Shown: positions 63,745 to 64,000 of the stretch, in pieces
How the letters are laid out: the number at the start of each line of letters is the position of its first letter
Numbering within the stretch: the first letter of the stretch is position 1
Assembly (NCBI GenBank): GCA_002269645.1
Contig: NIVC01000052.1
Coordinates: forward strand, 372,001-436,000
Length of the DNA: 64,000 nucleotides
Direction: 5' to 3'
Origin: Macrostomum lignano
Taxonomy: Eukaryota
Program-made: the position numbers and the translations under genes
The notes under the pieces: model-generated
What the model was told of the DNA's origin: nothing
Database searches by the model: none
Seen by the model: only the letters and a program-made list of their open reading frames with translations

Positions 63745-63970
63745 TGCTGAGATAGCAAGGCTCAAGGGTGGAGTTGCTGAGATGTCAAGGCTTACGGGGG
63801 GGAGTCGCTGAGATGTCAAGGCTCACGGGGGGGAGTCGCTGAGATGTCAAGGCTCACGGGGGGGAGTCGCTGAGATGTCAAGGCTCAAGGGTGGAGTTGC
63901 TGAGATGCCAAGGCTCAAGGGGAGTTGCTGAGATGCCAAGGCTCAAGGGGGGTTGCTGAGATGCCAAGGG
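63745..63970 (+). repeat. Intronic minisatellite, ~29-30-bp unit CTGAGATGTCAAGGCTCACGGGGGGAGTCG
   Basis: About 7-8 units. Confidence 0.9.
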
Positions 63971-64000
63971 TCAATTGTAAGTTGTTGGTAGGCCAAGCCA

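Overview
Eukaryotic (metazoan) genomic DNA: GC-rich spliced exons separated by AT-rich, repeat-laden introns. The style (minisatellite-filled introns, GC3-rich exons) resembles Macrostomum-type flatworms; this is inference only. Layout: (1) 1-13 kb is transposon debris: a ~1 kb direct duplication, several MITEs with TIRs/TSDs, CpG-depleted/TpA-rich patches and a probable transposase relic. (2) RNF113A/Cwc24 (+, ~14.05-15.62 kb) is flanked by minisatellites. (3) ~16.9-54.1 kb holds a tandem cluster of spliced type-I membrane receptor genes: signal peptide, divergent F-type-lectin/discoidin-like domain, 1-3 atypical Ig domains, a membrane-proximal Ig-like domain, TM, and a Tyr-containing tail. 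By manual splicing four copies are intact (B 30363-26827 -, C 38294-35562 -, F1 44938-49294 +, F2 50856-54091 +) and about five are pseudogenes or fragments, with signs of exon shuffling, gene conversion, Ig-number variation and two tail types. (4) A near-intact Ty3/Gypsy LTR retrotransposon (21298-26234) sits inside the cluster. (5) The 3' part of TBCD (-, 57224 to beyond the window end) carries a different tandem repeat in each intron. The lectin-Ig receptor cluster is the main candidate for an undescribed system.
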